A stretch of DNA of 63,879 nt, filler included, from Perkinsus chesapeaki ATCC PRA-425 (Eukaryota > Protista > Perkinsozoa), in assembly GCA_013115145.1 (NCBI GenBank). It is 11 parts of 11 records of this genome, joined end to end, with 100 filler letters (N's around TTAATTAATTAA, not from the genome) between each part and the next. Parts side by side here need not be neighbours in the genome. Positions count along the whole stretch, not along the records: positions 39,142 to 41,839 come from JAAPAO010001537.1; positions 41,940 to 45,192 come from JAAPAO010001441.1; positions 45,293 to 47,413 come from JAAPAO010001671.1; positions 47,514 to 57,378 come from JAAPAO010000924.1; 7 more parts are not named here. The stretch is one strand, 5' to 3'. How positions within the stretch are numbered: position 1 is the stretch's first letter; each line of letters starts with the position of its first letter. The translations under genes were made by a program, and so were the position numbers. The notes under the pieces were generated by a model. That model had not been told where the DNA came from and made no database searches. It was given only the letters and a program-made list of their open reading frames with translations. Positions 39,142 through 49,635 of the stretch are shown here, piece after piece.

Positions 39142-41645
39142 CAATTTTGGGGCTTCGTGATTCATTGCCAACGGAGATCGTTATGGACGGCTCATCTGCA
39201 CTTCATCGGGCGGCTGTCGATACCTATGGAGGAGAGGGGTCCTTTACTATCCAGAGTTGTTATTTTCACGTCATTCAGCAAGCGAGAACAGTTCGGGGAG
39301 AGTGCGGCATCTCGATCAATAACTGGAAGAAAATTAGGGACGATCTTGAGACCCTTGCAGACTCCTGGAGCAGAGAGGAATGGTTACGCCTGAGGGAGCT
39401 CTTTATGGATAAATGGAATGAAAGTAAGTGTCGTAGATTATGAGCCATAAGTTATGACCAATAGTACTGCAGTGATATATAAATATATGTTTCATATTCA
39501 CGATACGAAAAATGGGAAAAATCTATATTTTTTATTTGATCCTTATTGCTTATTATTCAATGATGATCCATGATATAAATCCAAATATTGCGATGGTATA
39601 ATGTATTGATACACGAATATCACCTCGTATGTTCCCAGTTGTAGCTTACTATATAAATTATACGATCAAACTGATATATAATATCACATAATTAGGCGGT
39701 ATTTTTTCTCGCATGTAACAAAAAGATTGCATAACGGAGGCTAATTATTATCTGTTTACTCGAAAAAATATTTATATATTGCTAGAAGTTATCACCTTAC
39801 AAAAAAGCATCGCCAGTATGCCAGCTGTACCCGAAATTATACCGAGTCAGTGTAGTATATTTAGGAAATGACATCTCCGTAGCCTACGGACCGTAGGAAA
39901 TTCTATTATCATTATAGTAGAATTCACTACTGATTCCACGTAAGATACAGCAATGCACCAAAATACATAGGAACCCTCGATTTGATTTTTATAGCACCTA
40001 GAGCCTACTTTACAACTTGCAAATTACAATATTCAACTAGAATTATCTCACAGTTTTGTATTATACTCCATAATGTTAATTATATATTAATAATATGATA
40101 GGTAGGTTATACGACAGATTTATAGAATCTAGTCAGAATATATTACTCTCATGCAATACTTCACGTATTATACGTGTTATATTGCAATATATACTATATT
40201 CTACTCAAGCATAGTACTCACATTTGATATACATCATCTTTATAGGAGTGATAAGCGCATATATGACAACTAATTCATTCATGATATCATTCTCTTCAGA
40301 GATTTCAACCCAAACAACTGAGCAAGAGAAAAAAGCGCTTAAAGAGTTCTTCAAACGGTTCGGCGACTATTTGGATCCAACTAAATGGCGGAGCTACTGG
40401 GGTACGTATGCAGGCCAGAGCGCCGGCCCCAGGACAAATAATTGCGTGGAACGCTTCAACAGAGAACTCAAGTCATTACTAATCCCTAGAAGGCGCCGGA
40501 TTACCTTATCAGAATTCGGCGCTTTGCTTAAAAAACCTTCGCCGTGGGCAAGCATATCCCAGTATGGTAGAGTAGACGTTAGAGGGCAAGTAACGTCAGA
40601 TATTAGGCACAAAGCGGCCGAATACTATGTCACCAGCTCGTTCGCTCAAGTACCTAGATCATGGGTATCATCTTACTCTAGAGATACGGGGCTTACTGTT
40701 ATCCAGTGGGTCTTCGTGGAATCTTCAGTGCAGCAGGGCAACATGAAAGAGCTGATGAAAGCTCCACGGAACCTAAACATAAAAAGGTTCTGCGCCAGCC
40801 AGTATGAGTCCCTACAGGATGCCACGGACTTGAAAAACAAGTTTTCGCTGGTTTCCTACCAGAGGACAGCGGACACTTCCGTGGATCCGCCGGAAGGTCC
40901 CTGGTGTTCCTGTAGGGACTGGACAGGCCAATTCACCTGTGCCCATGTGGTCTGTATTGGCTTCTCTATGGGCTTCGAGGCGGAAGAAGGTGCGATGCGG
41001 GACTGGGCAACAGCTTTAGCTCGCTTCAGCCGACCGGAGCAGCGCAAGAACAAGAAGGGAGTCATATCAGACCAAACTGTACCTGATAATGTGCGGTACG
41101 GCTTGGGTGTTGCAACACGGCCTAAGAGACTTCAAAAGTCGGCGGGTGTTCCAGCATCTGCTCACTCGAATGATGGGAGCCTGTCTCCACAGAGCCAGGA
41201 CGACAATCCGTCTTATCCCCACGACACAATGGATCCAGCTGGTGTAGAGGTGAATTCCTCGCCGAGGAAGAGCACCGACGGCGAAGGCGAGCAGGGCCTG
41301 GAAAATGTAGAAACACGGCAAGATCCTCACCCGCCTGTTCTTATATTCGATGAGATTGTCTGGCCTCCACTATTACCAACTGATCAAACCGGCCCTTTCT
41401 GTGGTTGCCAGCGTGGTAACAATGAGGCAGTGGGAATGATAAAATGTAGCCGCCTAAGATGTCCCCATCGCCGCTGGTGGCACATAGACTGTGCTACGGT
41501 GTATGCGGCTGCAACCGGTACAGTATCTGGTCACGAGCAGGCTGCCAACAATGACAGGAGATGGTACTGCTTCACCTGCAGAGGCCGTTCCTGGAGGAGT
41601 CCATTCCGCGGCCATAGATTAAGACAAGATAAGATGCAGCAGTGA
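39142..41645 (+). mobile_element. Mutator-like (MULE) transposase 2 with SWIM and C-terminal PHD finger, 5'-truncated
   Basis: IVMDGSSALHRAAV (D), QSCYFHVIQQ, a phase-1 intron 39424-40299, RTNNCVERFNRELK (E), SWIM CSCRDWTGQFTCAH and PHD-like CGCQ..MIKCSRLRCPHRRWWHIDCA..WYCFTC. Confidence 0.88.
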
Positions 41646-41939
41646 CCGGTGTTGGTAAAATGCAACCTAAATAATTCGCTGATGTGCTACCAGAAGTGTG
41701 TGATTTGATTGATACAGATGACGTACTCCATGATTTATGGTGTTTTGATACAATAGACAAGAGTTGAGTTGAGTTTGCCTGCATAACTTTTTAAATAATT
41801 TCATTTTAATATCATTGTGGATTTTACATCATTGGGAATNNNNNNNNNNNNNNNNNNNNNNNNNNNNNNNNNNNNNNNNNNNNTTAATTAATTAANNNNN
41901 NNNNNNNNNNNNNNNNNNNNNNNNNNNNNNNNNNNNNNN

Positions 41940-42541
41940 ACTACTGGCTAGACCCGTGGGTCATATTCATATTAGTAGCTAATGGCGTGCAGGCAACAGC
42001 TGCAATACAATGTATACAAAGGGCAGACAAGACTGCTGATGTCTATTGGCGCCTGTCTCTCCTGGGTGTTGGTGCCGGTATGGCATGGCTCACTCTGCTA
42101 CGTTATCTGCAGTTCTTCCCGACCTATTACGTCCTTATTCGGACGCTCTCCCGAGCACTTCCACGTTTGCTCAGATTCCTTTCTGGTCTCGTTCCCCTGC
42201 TCTTAGCCTACGCGCTATGCGGGACTTGTGTGTTCTGGCCTAGTAGTAACTTCGCATCTTTATCCGATGCCCTCATGGGAATGTTCTCCTTACTGAATGG
42301 TGATATTATACATGATATGTTTATCGACATGACATCTATATCTTGGTTTTGGGGTCAAGTATACTGCTACACATTCCTTTGCCTTTTCATATATGTTGTA
42401 TTAAACATATTCCTAGCTATAGTAGATGAAGCGTTCTGTACGGCCAAAAGATTCGAAGAGCTTCATTTACAGCGATCACCTGATGGAAGTACCACCGAGT
42501 CTTCTGTGAACATAGGAAGTGAGGAGGACGGAGGTAGGTGA
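41940..42541 (+). CDS. Mucolipin (TRPML)/polycystin-type cation channel, 3' part
   Basis: Frame open from the contig edge: LLGVGAGMAWLTLLRYLQFFPTYYVLIRTLSRALPRLLRF, pore FSLLNGDIIHDMF, S6 YCYTFLCLFIYVVLNIFLAIV. Confidence 0.9.
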
Positions 42542-42972
42542 CAAGGACATGTTCGTTCAATATGCCTCCCCGTGTGTAGGTAGGGAATTGTCGGTACATT
42601 CTGAATCTTCCGCTTGATACTGAGTGATGTATTATTGATAAATTAATGTTTCATTTTTTATAGTCCATCTCTTTGGTTCGAAATCAATGCCCATTCATAG
42701 GCTCTGGTCGATACACTAAACCACATAATAGGTAACATAGTAGCTATGCAATGGAAGTAATTAGTACGCGTTGGTCAGTTCATGGACTAAAAGCCAAGGT
42801 ATACAGTTGTCTTTATGCAACCGGTTGCGGATTCGGCGCGCGATTTCACACTTACCAGGACGCGCTGCTATCACTTACCTTTCCGTCGAGACGTCCAACT
42901 GAACATAGCACGGAGGCAAGAGACACCAATTGTACCAAACGCGACTCCTAATATGCATGATAATGTGAACAC

Positions 42973-45191
42973 TCAATGAACAGAAAACTTATCGCACAGG
43001 CATGTTCGTTTATTGAAAGTCGATCTATCATCTGGCATACATACTTGATAACTCATATAGGTCTCCCGAGGTTCAACAAATTGTGGTGTGTCATTTATAT
43101 GTTCCACATCATATAACATGGAGATGTTGTGCCTCTCACGCGACTGAAGCCTCAGCCGAACTATACTCATCGAACCATCAGTTGTTTTACGAATTGTCGG
43201 GTTGAAACTTGTAGATAATTCAAGATCAAGACATGACGAACCAGGAGAATGTTGTGCATTAACGAACTGCACAATGCGCTCTATTGTGTTGAGGGGGACA
43301 TCCGAAGACGCCTCTCCCCATTCGAGGGAGCATGGCGAAGCTCTAAACGGAAAGCCATACAGTTCAAAAGAAAGGGAATGTGGCTTACTTTGTCGGAATG
43401 CCCATCTCTCGTGGAGTCCGATGAGGTATTCGGGTTTCAAATATGTTCCGGAGGGAAACGTCACATCGAAGTGAGTCGCGGCGACCTTCACAGGATATTG
43501 TCCGCAATGATATGCGTCAATACAACTTACAGCTGACTGGGAGGAGGTCCTTATTGATTAGACCAAGAACGGCGTTATGCAAATCGACGCTTGTTAGTAA
43601 TGCTAACTCATTGTAAGATAGGACTTGATGAACGTCTTCGGGAAACTTCTCATTTGAAAGGATGACGGCAAGTGGGGAATATCTTTCATTAGCAGCTGCC
43701 TTATGGCTAGCCCACTGGTTCCTATGATCACTCATAAGAATAGTCGTATGTCGCTGGCCGAGGTTATTGCAAAACTCATCTTGCCACTTGAGATATTCAA
43801 CAAGGTTATCATCCCAACCGACACCATACATTTGGTCACCTTGGTGGTTTCCCATCATATAAAGCTGTTGGAAAAGCCTCACATCTTTATTTTTTTCGTA
43901 CAACTTCGCCACACTCTTGCCGAAAGGGAAGCAATACTCCTCCTGTCGGAGGTTGCCAGTGCATTCAAGGACAGTCTTCCTTTCAAATATTTCGGACAAC
44001 CCTTCGATTTTGTCCTCAAGTGCATTCAACTAGTGATGAGGACCAAGCTGGCCAGTTTTCCAATTGTAGGCCAACAGGCTGAACCCGTGACCGCCGGAGC
44101 ATATAGCAGACACCATTCCGCCATCTCGTGCATACTGCGCCTGAAATGCGCTCGCGGTGAACAATACCACTCATGTATGCATTATCGAGGAGTTCATAAA
44201 GTGAACAACTCCCTGCCAAAGCAATGTTGTTACTCACCAGTCCTTTAGTCCTTCCATCTTCTGTAGCAAATTCCATCAAAGGTGTCAACGGGTTGAAGTA
44301 ACCAATTTGAAAGGCTGTCATCGCCAACATAGTGAATTTACCAGTAGCAATGTACCCACCCAATACATAAGCCTCCTTAGCACTCCGCTTACCCTCTATG
44401 TATTCTCGTGTTTTGGCGAATGTACGCATAAAATGAGCACGGCTGATGGCGTCTATAATGATTAGGGTGATATGGTCGGTATTATACAAAGCATCATCGC
44501 CATCTTTACGTGATATGGGGGATATTGGAAACCCGAAGACACCACCAGCGGAAATAGCGGCCTCTCGCCGAGTAATCTCCGTCACCCCAAGTGGTGACCG
44601 CTTCTGTCGGATATGGAATACCGTCCACTCTACTGTTTCCGAACAATTGAGGACAATGAGAGCATCATGCATAAGTTGGAAACGTGATTCAGGTACTTCA
44701 ATTTTCAGTCGGGGCTTTTCGTTGGGATATTGGACCTTCTCGGACGAAGAGAGGCGTGGGAGCTCGTCTACACGATAGAAATCCAGCGAGCATTGAGAGC
44801 CTTCAACTATCGTGATGTCGCACTGTCCGCTTTCCGCATTACACACCCAGTTCAATGGATGCGATCCATTGAGAAGAACAAACTTGTACTTTGCACCTGT
44901 CCAGTATATCGGATCGTTGGTATTCTTTCAAGTAATTTTCGTCCACTGCAGACTCACCCCTAGCGTCTGCTTCTGGGCATTGCTTCACTCTGTAAGTACT
45001 TCGGTTCCACGAGGAGAAGTCCGCCCGAATAGGCCTTGGCGAGCACTGGTGCAGGCCACCAATAGCCCATCTGAATCAAATAACGACTTCCATCGCTTGA
45101 AGCATAACAAAGGGAGAGAAATGAATAAAGTCCACCTTGTGCTACTCGGGTGAAAATAGCTCCTCGTTCGGGAGAACGTGCGCTTCATCAA
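42973..45191 (-). pseudogene. DUF229-like (alkaline phosphatase/sulfatase fold) protein with one in-frame TAG; 5' end cut by linker
   Basis: ITLIIIDAISRAHFMRTFAKT, TILMSDHR, LTSVDLHN, IPHRTPREMGIP and C-terminal TCLCD match the DUF229 layout. Introns (e.g. 44141-44237) keep phase, but a TAG at 44030-44032 lies inside an exon. Confidence 0.7.
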
Positions 45192-45292
45192 CNNNNNNNN
45201 NNNNNNNNNNNNNNNNNNNNNNNNNNNNNNNNNNNNTTAATTAATTAANNNNNNNNNNNNNNNNNNNNNNNNNNNNNNNNNNNNNNNNNNNN

Positions 45293-45632
45293 GATCGGAC
45301 CGATCATCGTTGTTGTGGCCGTCTCGCTTAGTCTGGTTGTGGCAATCTACCTGCCGGATTTGAAGATTATCTTGGATTTAGTTGGCTCGATGACTGGGTC
45401 TATCATTTGTTATATAATCCCAGCGGGTTTCTGTATTCGCATCGCGTTTTACAAGCGCAAGAAGTTTGTTGGCAAATTGAGCGATGAAAACCTCGAAGAA
45501 GAGGATAATTCTATGGATTATCCCAATTGGTTATCCTATAGCTTTATTGCTTTCGGAGCAGTTTTTGCGGTAGTTGGCACCTATGCGGATTTGACTGTGC
45601 TCATAGAATACTACAAGAAACATCTGCTGTGA
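45293..45632 (+). CDS. Amino acid transporter (AAAP/SLC38-like), C-terminal part
   Basis: LVVAIYLPDLKIILDLVGSMTGSIICYIIPAGF followed by a final TM helix and TGA. Confidence 0.85.
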
Positions 45633-45833
45633 CTAAATTCGAGGTTCTAGAGATGGCTTATGCTCATCTTAACTTCATTTCTGTCTGAACCTCTTAGGGT
45701 TTGTGTTATGTAGTATTCCAGAAGGCTCTTGGTGTCACTAGAGGGTTGATAATATCAACCCTGTTACCCTGTATTACCAAGTTGGTGATAGGTTATACTA
45801 TTGAATAGTAACTATTCTAATGGTGTTGACTGA

Positions 45834-45855
45834 TGCACCGACGGTGCAGCACCGT
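45834..45855. repeat. 22-bp A/A'/A footprint (perfect), inferred target tgcaccgt
   Basis: t-gcaccg-a-cggtgc-a-gcaccg-t, followed by an overlapping cgtgcat-c-atgcacg. Confidence 0.9.
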
Positions 45856-46198
45856 GCATCATGCACGTGAAGCAACCTGTTTCAAACAGGTCCTCATTCG
45901 GCGCTGTTGGATCATTCAACTTGGATGTGGATCATTGGGTGGCGCGCCTCTGCTAATCCCTGAGAGACTCTGCGTTGTCGAACGCTGTTGCTTGGTCTTG
46001 TTCGTAGCGACCAACACAAAGCGAGGGCTCAAAAAGTCCTTCTTGAAGGAAGTTCTTCCTAGTTTTATCTCGCCGCGGAAATGGGGTGTGCAGGCGTGTT
46101 ACATGTGACGTGTAAGAGTTTAATGGGAGGGCCATTGAATAACAAACGCGCTGTTCATGACAATCGCAGACCACTCTCGCTCCGACTGAGTGAGAGCG

Positions 46199-46220
46199 GT
46201 GGCAAGTTGCCACTGGCAAC
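46199..46220. repeat. 22-bp A/A'/A footprint (perfect), inferred target gtggcaac
   Basis: g-tggcaa-g-ttgcca-c-tggcaa-c. Confidence 0.9.
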
Positions 46221-46933
46221 ATTCCCGCCAAACTCAAGTCCCAGTCACTAAGATACAACACTGGCACGGTCCTGCATCGGACTCCCCTGAGGGTGATGAT
46301 ATATATTCGCCGGGCTAATTTAGCCTGACTTCCTGACGTCTGGAGGGTTGTTTGAGGGCAGATGGCTGTGATCTAGAGGTGACTGTTTAGCAGATCCATC
46401 ACCGGTAAACAAGCAACCCAAGCTATCATTGAGTGTAGAAGACTTGAACTTCAAGTACTTGTTGACTACAGTATTAGCCTCAAGTCTCGATTTCCACGTA
46501 GAAGTAGGTACCACAGTCTTTACGATCGTACAGTCGGTGAATATACGTACTAATTCATCCAAACATGAGCCAATCTCAATGATTGGAGCTTCATAATGAT
46601 GTGTCCTGTGTTCGTAGACTCCTACCATGCCGAAGAGTTCTGCTGTTGACAACAGCCTGTTGTGTGGGGCGCAGTAAATTGTGCGCCGCCGCATTGTGCG
46701 CATGCGTGCTGTCCGTTAATTGTTAGTACTATATCGTTATTGTTTGAGACTAGTCGTGTCATGATTGATTGGCTCTTTATGGGCAGTCTTCATGAGACTT
46801 TTTTCGAGAGAGTATCAGATACCCAGTATTCTCTCGAGGCTACTCCTCTCGTCGTACGACAGCAATGTGTCACAGCATCTCCTACGAAAGTGATCCGAAG
46901 GCTATCAAAACTACTTTGAGTCTGTGATTTACG

Positions 46934-46955
46934 TTCGTAGCCTATTTGGCTCAAG
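46934..46955 (+). other. Relict spliced-leader (SL) sequence in genomic DNA
   Basis: TTCGTAGCCTATTTGGCTCAAG matches 19/22 to DCCGTAGCCATTTTGGCTCAAG. It is followed by ATTTAG, not a donor site, and lies 30 nt before an ATG. Confidence 0.85.
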
Positions 46956-46985
46956 ATTTAGTTGCTTCGTTTTCTGAATCTCAAC

Positions 46986-47413
46986 ATGCCCTCTCCCATA
47001 GAAGACGCTATCCGACAGCTGCAGGCACAGGTAGAAAGACTCTCCAGAGAAGTGTCCATGAAACAAGATGCTGTGGTCGGAAAAGATGAACAAGGGAATC
47101 CAATGGATGTGAGGATGTGTATAACCTTGTTGGAAAACAAAATCAAGGGGATAGAAGGAGGCGTGATGACCCTTCACGATGTAATACGGGAGCATGGCGA
47201 AAGATACGAGCAGCTGAATCAAAAAATTGATACATTCGGAGCTATGATGAAGGATATGCACTCTGTGTTAACAAATGTACCCAAAGCGAGCATTTCTGAG
47301 AGCCCGATGAGCACGGTCAGAAAGCTGCACACACCAGCCCATACCACCAGAATTACCGACCATATAGAAGTGGGTAGTTCCAGTTTAATTGGTACTCGAC
47401 AAACCAAGGAGAA
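46986..47413 (+). CDS. Intronless coiled-coil ORF downstream of the relict SL, 3'-truncated by linker; retrocopy or Gag-like N-terminus
   Basis: MPSPIEDAIRQLQAQVERLSREVSMK.. open for more than 140 codons to the gap, with heptad-like composition. Confidence 0.65.
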
Positions 47414-47684
47414 NNNNNNNNNNNNNNNNNNNNNNNNNNNNNNNNNNNNNNNNNNNNTTAATTAATTAANNNNNNNNNNNNNNNNNNNNNNNNNNNNNNN
47501 NNNNNNNNNNNNNTATATTAATCGATTATATTGGCGCGCGGTCTTTTATTGGTTAAATTCGGGTTTGGCTAAATTCGGGCAGAGCCAACCAACCCTGCAA
47601 TTCTCGCTCGCCCCAAAAATCGAAAGCTCACCGCCCCGCGTCGTCGTCGGCCGCCGTATCGGTGTTTAGTAGTTCTGTAGATAA

Positions 47685-48538
47685 ATGCCTTATTATTACG
47701 CATACCGATACGATGAAGATAGCCACGGGGACACAGGTACCGAATTACTCAATAAAGGCATTTTAGCATTTGTTGGCTGCAGATGAGTCTTATAGCTTTA
47801 GTCAAGCCGACCAACGAATGGCCATGGCAATGTGTGGCATTATAACACTGTTGTTTATGATCATTGCCTGCATAGCTCTTTACAAGGTAAACAACAATCC
47901 TCACAATGAGTCAATACTGTAGAGTAGGGCCTTGCTCGGGGGGAAGAACAAAAGTCTCGAACGACCCCAGAGGACATATCGCGAGTCTTAAGAGACCAAA
48001 CTGAGGTCCTTGAAGCTGCAGACGTTGATGAGGATCAAGAATGCTCAGTCTGTCTGGTGGTGAGTACATCTTGAACGAAACACATGATTATCGGCTGAGT
48101 GATTGCAGTGAGAATAGGTTGCTTTCGTTGACGTCCGTGGTGATCTGACATGCACGGTTCACGGTCCCCTCGAGTACATAAAAATATGGAATGTACTTCG
48201 CTTTAGAATACACAAACATACACCATTTTTATTACGAGAGAAACTGCGCCTTAGTCGCTTGGGGACAGCGAATTGTGTGCGCGTTCGCCCCACTATTTCT
48301 CAGGGACTCCGAGAAAGTGAAGGGAATCTACGGAAACTGAGACCGTGCGGTCATCTGTTCCACGATGGATGCATCACAGGGTGAGGTATTCCGCCCGCGA
48401 GCTACCTTCCGATTCATTGCACTCAGATGGTTCGAGTCGTCGACTACTAGAGGGTGTCGGTGTCCTCTCTGCCGTACTGATCTGACGCAGACAGGCAGGC
48501 CCCCTTCGCCCTCCACAAGTGAAGTGATAACAGAGTAA
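47685..48538 (+). CDS. Transmembrane RING-H2 E3 ubiquitin ligase (ATL/RNF-like), multi-exon; fragmentary in the ORF track
   Basis: Splicing gives MPYYYAYRYDEDSHGDT|DESYSF..MCGIITLLFMIIACIALYK|GLARGEE..DQECSVCLV|GLRESEGNLRKLRPCGHLFHDGCITG|WFESSTTRGCRCPLCRTDL..-TAA; complete C3H2C3 pattern. Confidence 0.88.
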
Positions 48539-49635
48539 CGAGACTTAATAATGTACCATTATTTTTTGCAAGCTTTTGTCTTGTCCCTATTTGTTTGTTG
48601 CTCATGCATCACATGGATGTGCTTTACTAACTATTTCATCCTGTTGAGTTTATCGTCAGTCAAGTGGTCATAAGAGGCGCTATATCACTCGAACCTCGGG
48701 AGAGAACGTAGCGAAAAGCGCGTACATGAGGAGGTACTTGAGCTTGACTAACACAGCCCAAATCGATGGAGGGTCTCGCATAACTCACTGAGAGTTTCTC
48801 ACCAGCCAGGAGGTGTTCGATATTGAAATTTCGGCGGTATATTTGAAGATGTTTCAGAATCACACTGGCCGAGTTTCACACTGATACGTGTCCTCTGGCT
48901 TCCAGAACAGCTCCGCGCGTGAGGATTTTTCGGGAGGTCAACAACTCGGCGATTTTTGACCCGATTTCTCCATCGCAATCGTCTATTAACTCAACCAAGA
49001 TGTTAATCGCGAAGAAAAATAATATCGAAACGCTTCTTAACTCGGTTGGAATTCTCCTCCGTGGAGGCTCCTCGGAGTATGACAACCAGGAGCTCTGTGA
49101 ATTGTCTCCATGATGGAGGCTCCATCCATCATTGAAAGCGGCGGATACGACTAGTCTCGTATAGACCGCTTCTCTGAAGCAAGACAAGCAACAGTGGATT
49201 TGGAAAACAACAGTATTTCCGTTCCCAAGTTACCGATGAGATTCCACCTCGCAAACTGACACAGTCGCTGGTGACTGTCACCGTGCCAGTATCAAGTGAC
49301 TCGCTTGAACTTCAAGTGTCGAGGTGACGCCGGCTTTCAAGTAGTGGATTCTTTGGCGATTCGAGTCCGAATCCTGAGATTCTTCCGGTGGTTACTATTA
49401 TAACGCAACAACCCTCTTCGAGAGCTCTTTCGGATTACCCGCGAAATTTGATGGTCATTAGGACCAAAGAATAATTCGCTATAGATGTCTGATTGCAGTA
49501 TACAAAAGTCTCACAATCACATTCGTCACTGAACAACTTCAGGACTTCAGGACAGGGATAGTTACGGCGGTTGAGTGCCATGGTGAGCCATATCTATACA
49601 ATTTGACAGAGCTGCTGCATCAACATGGAGCTGTC

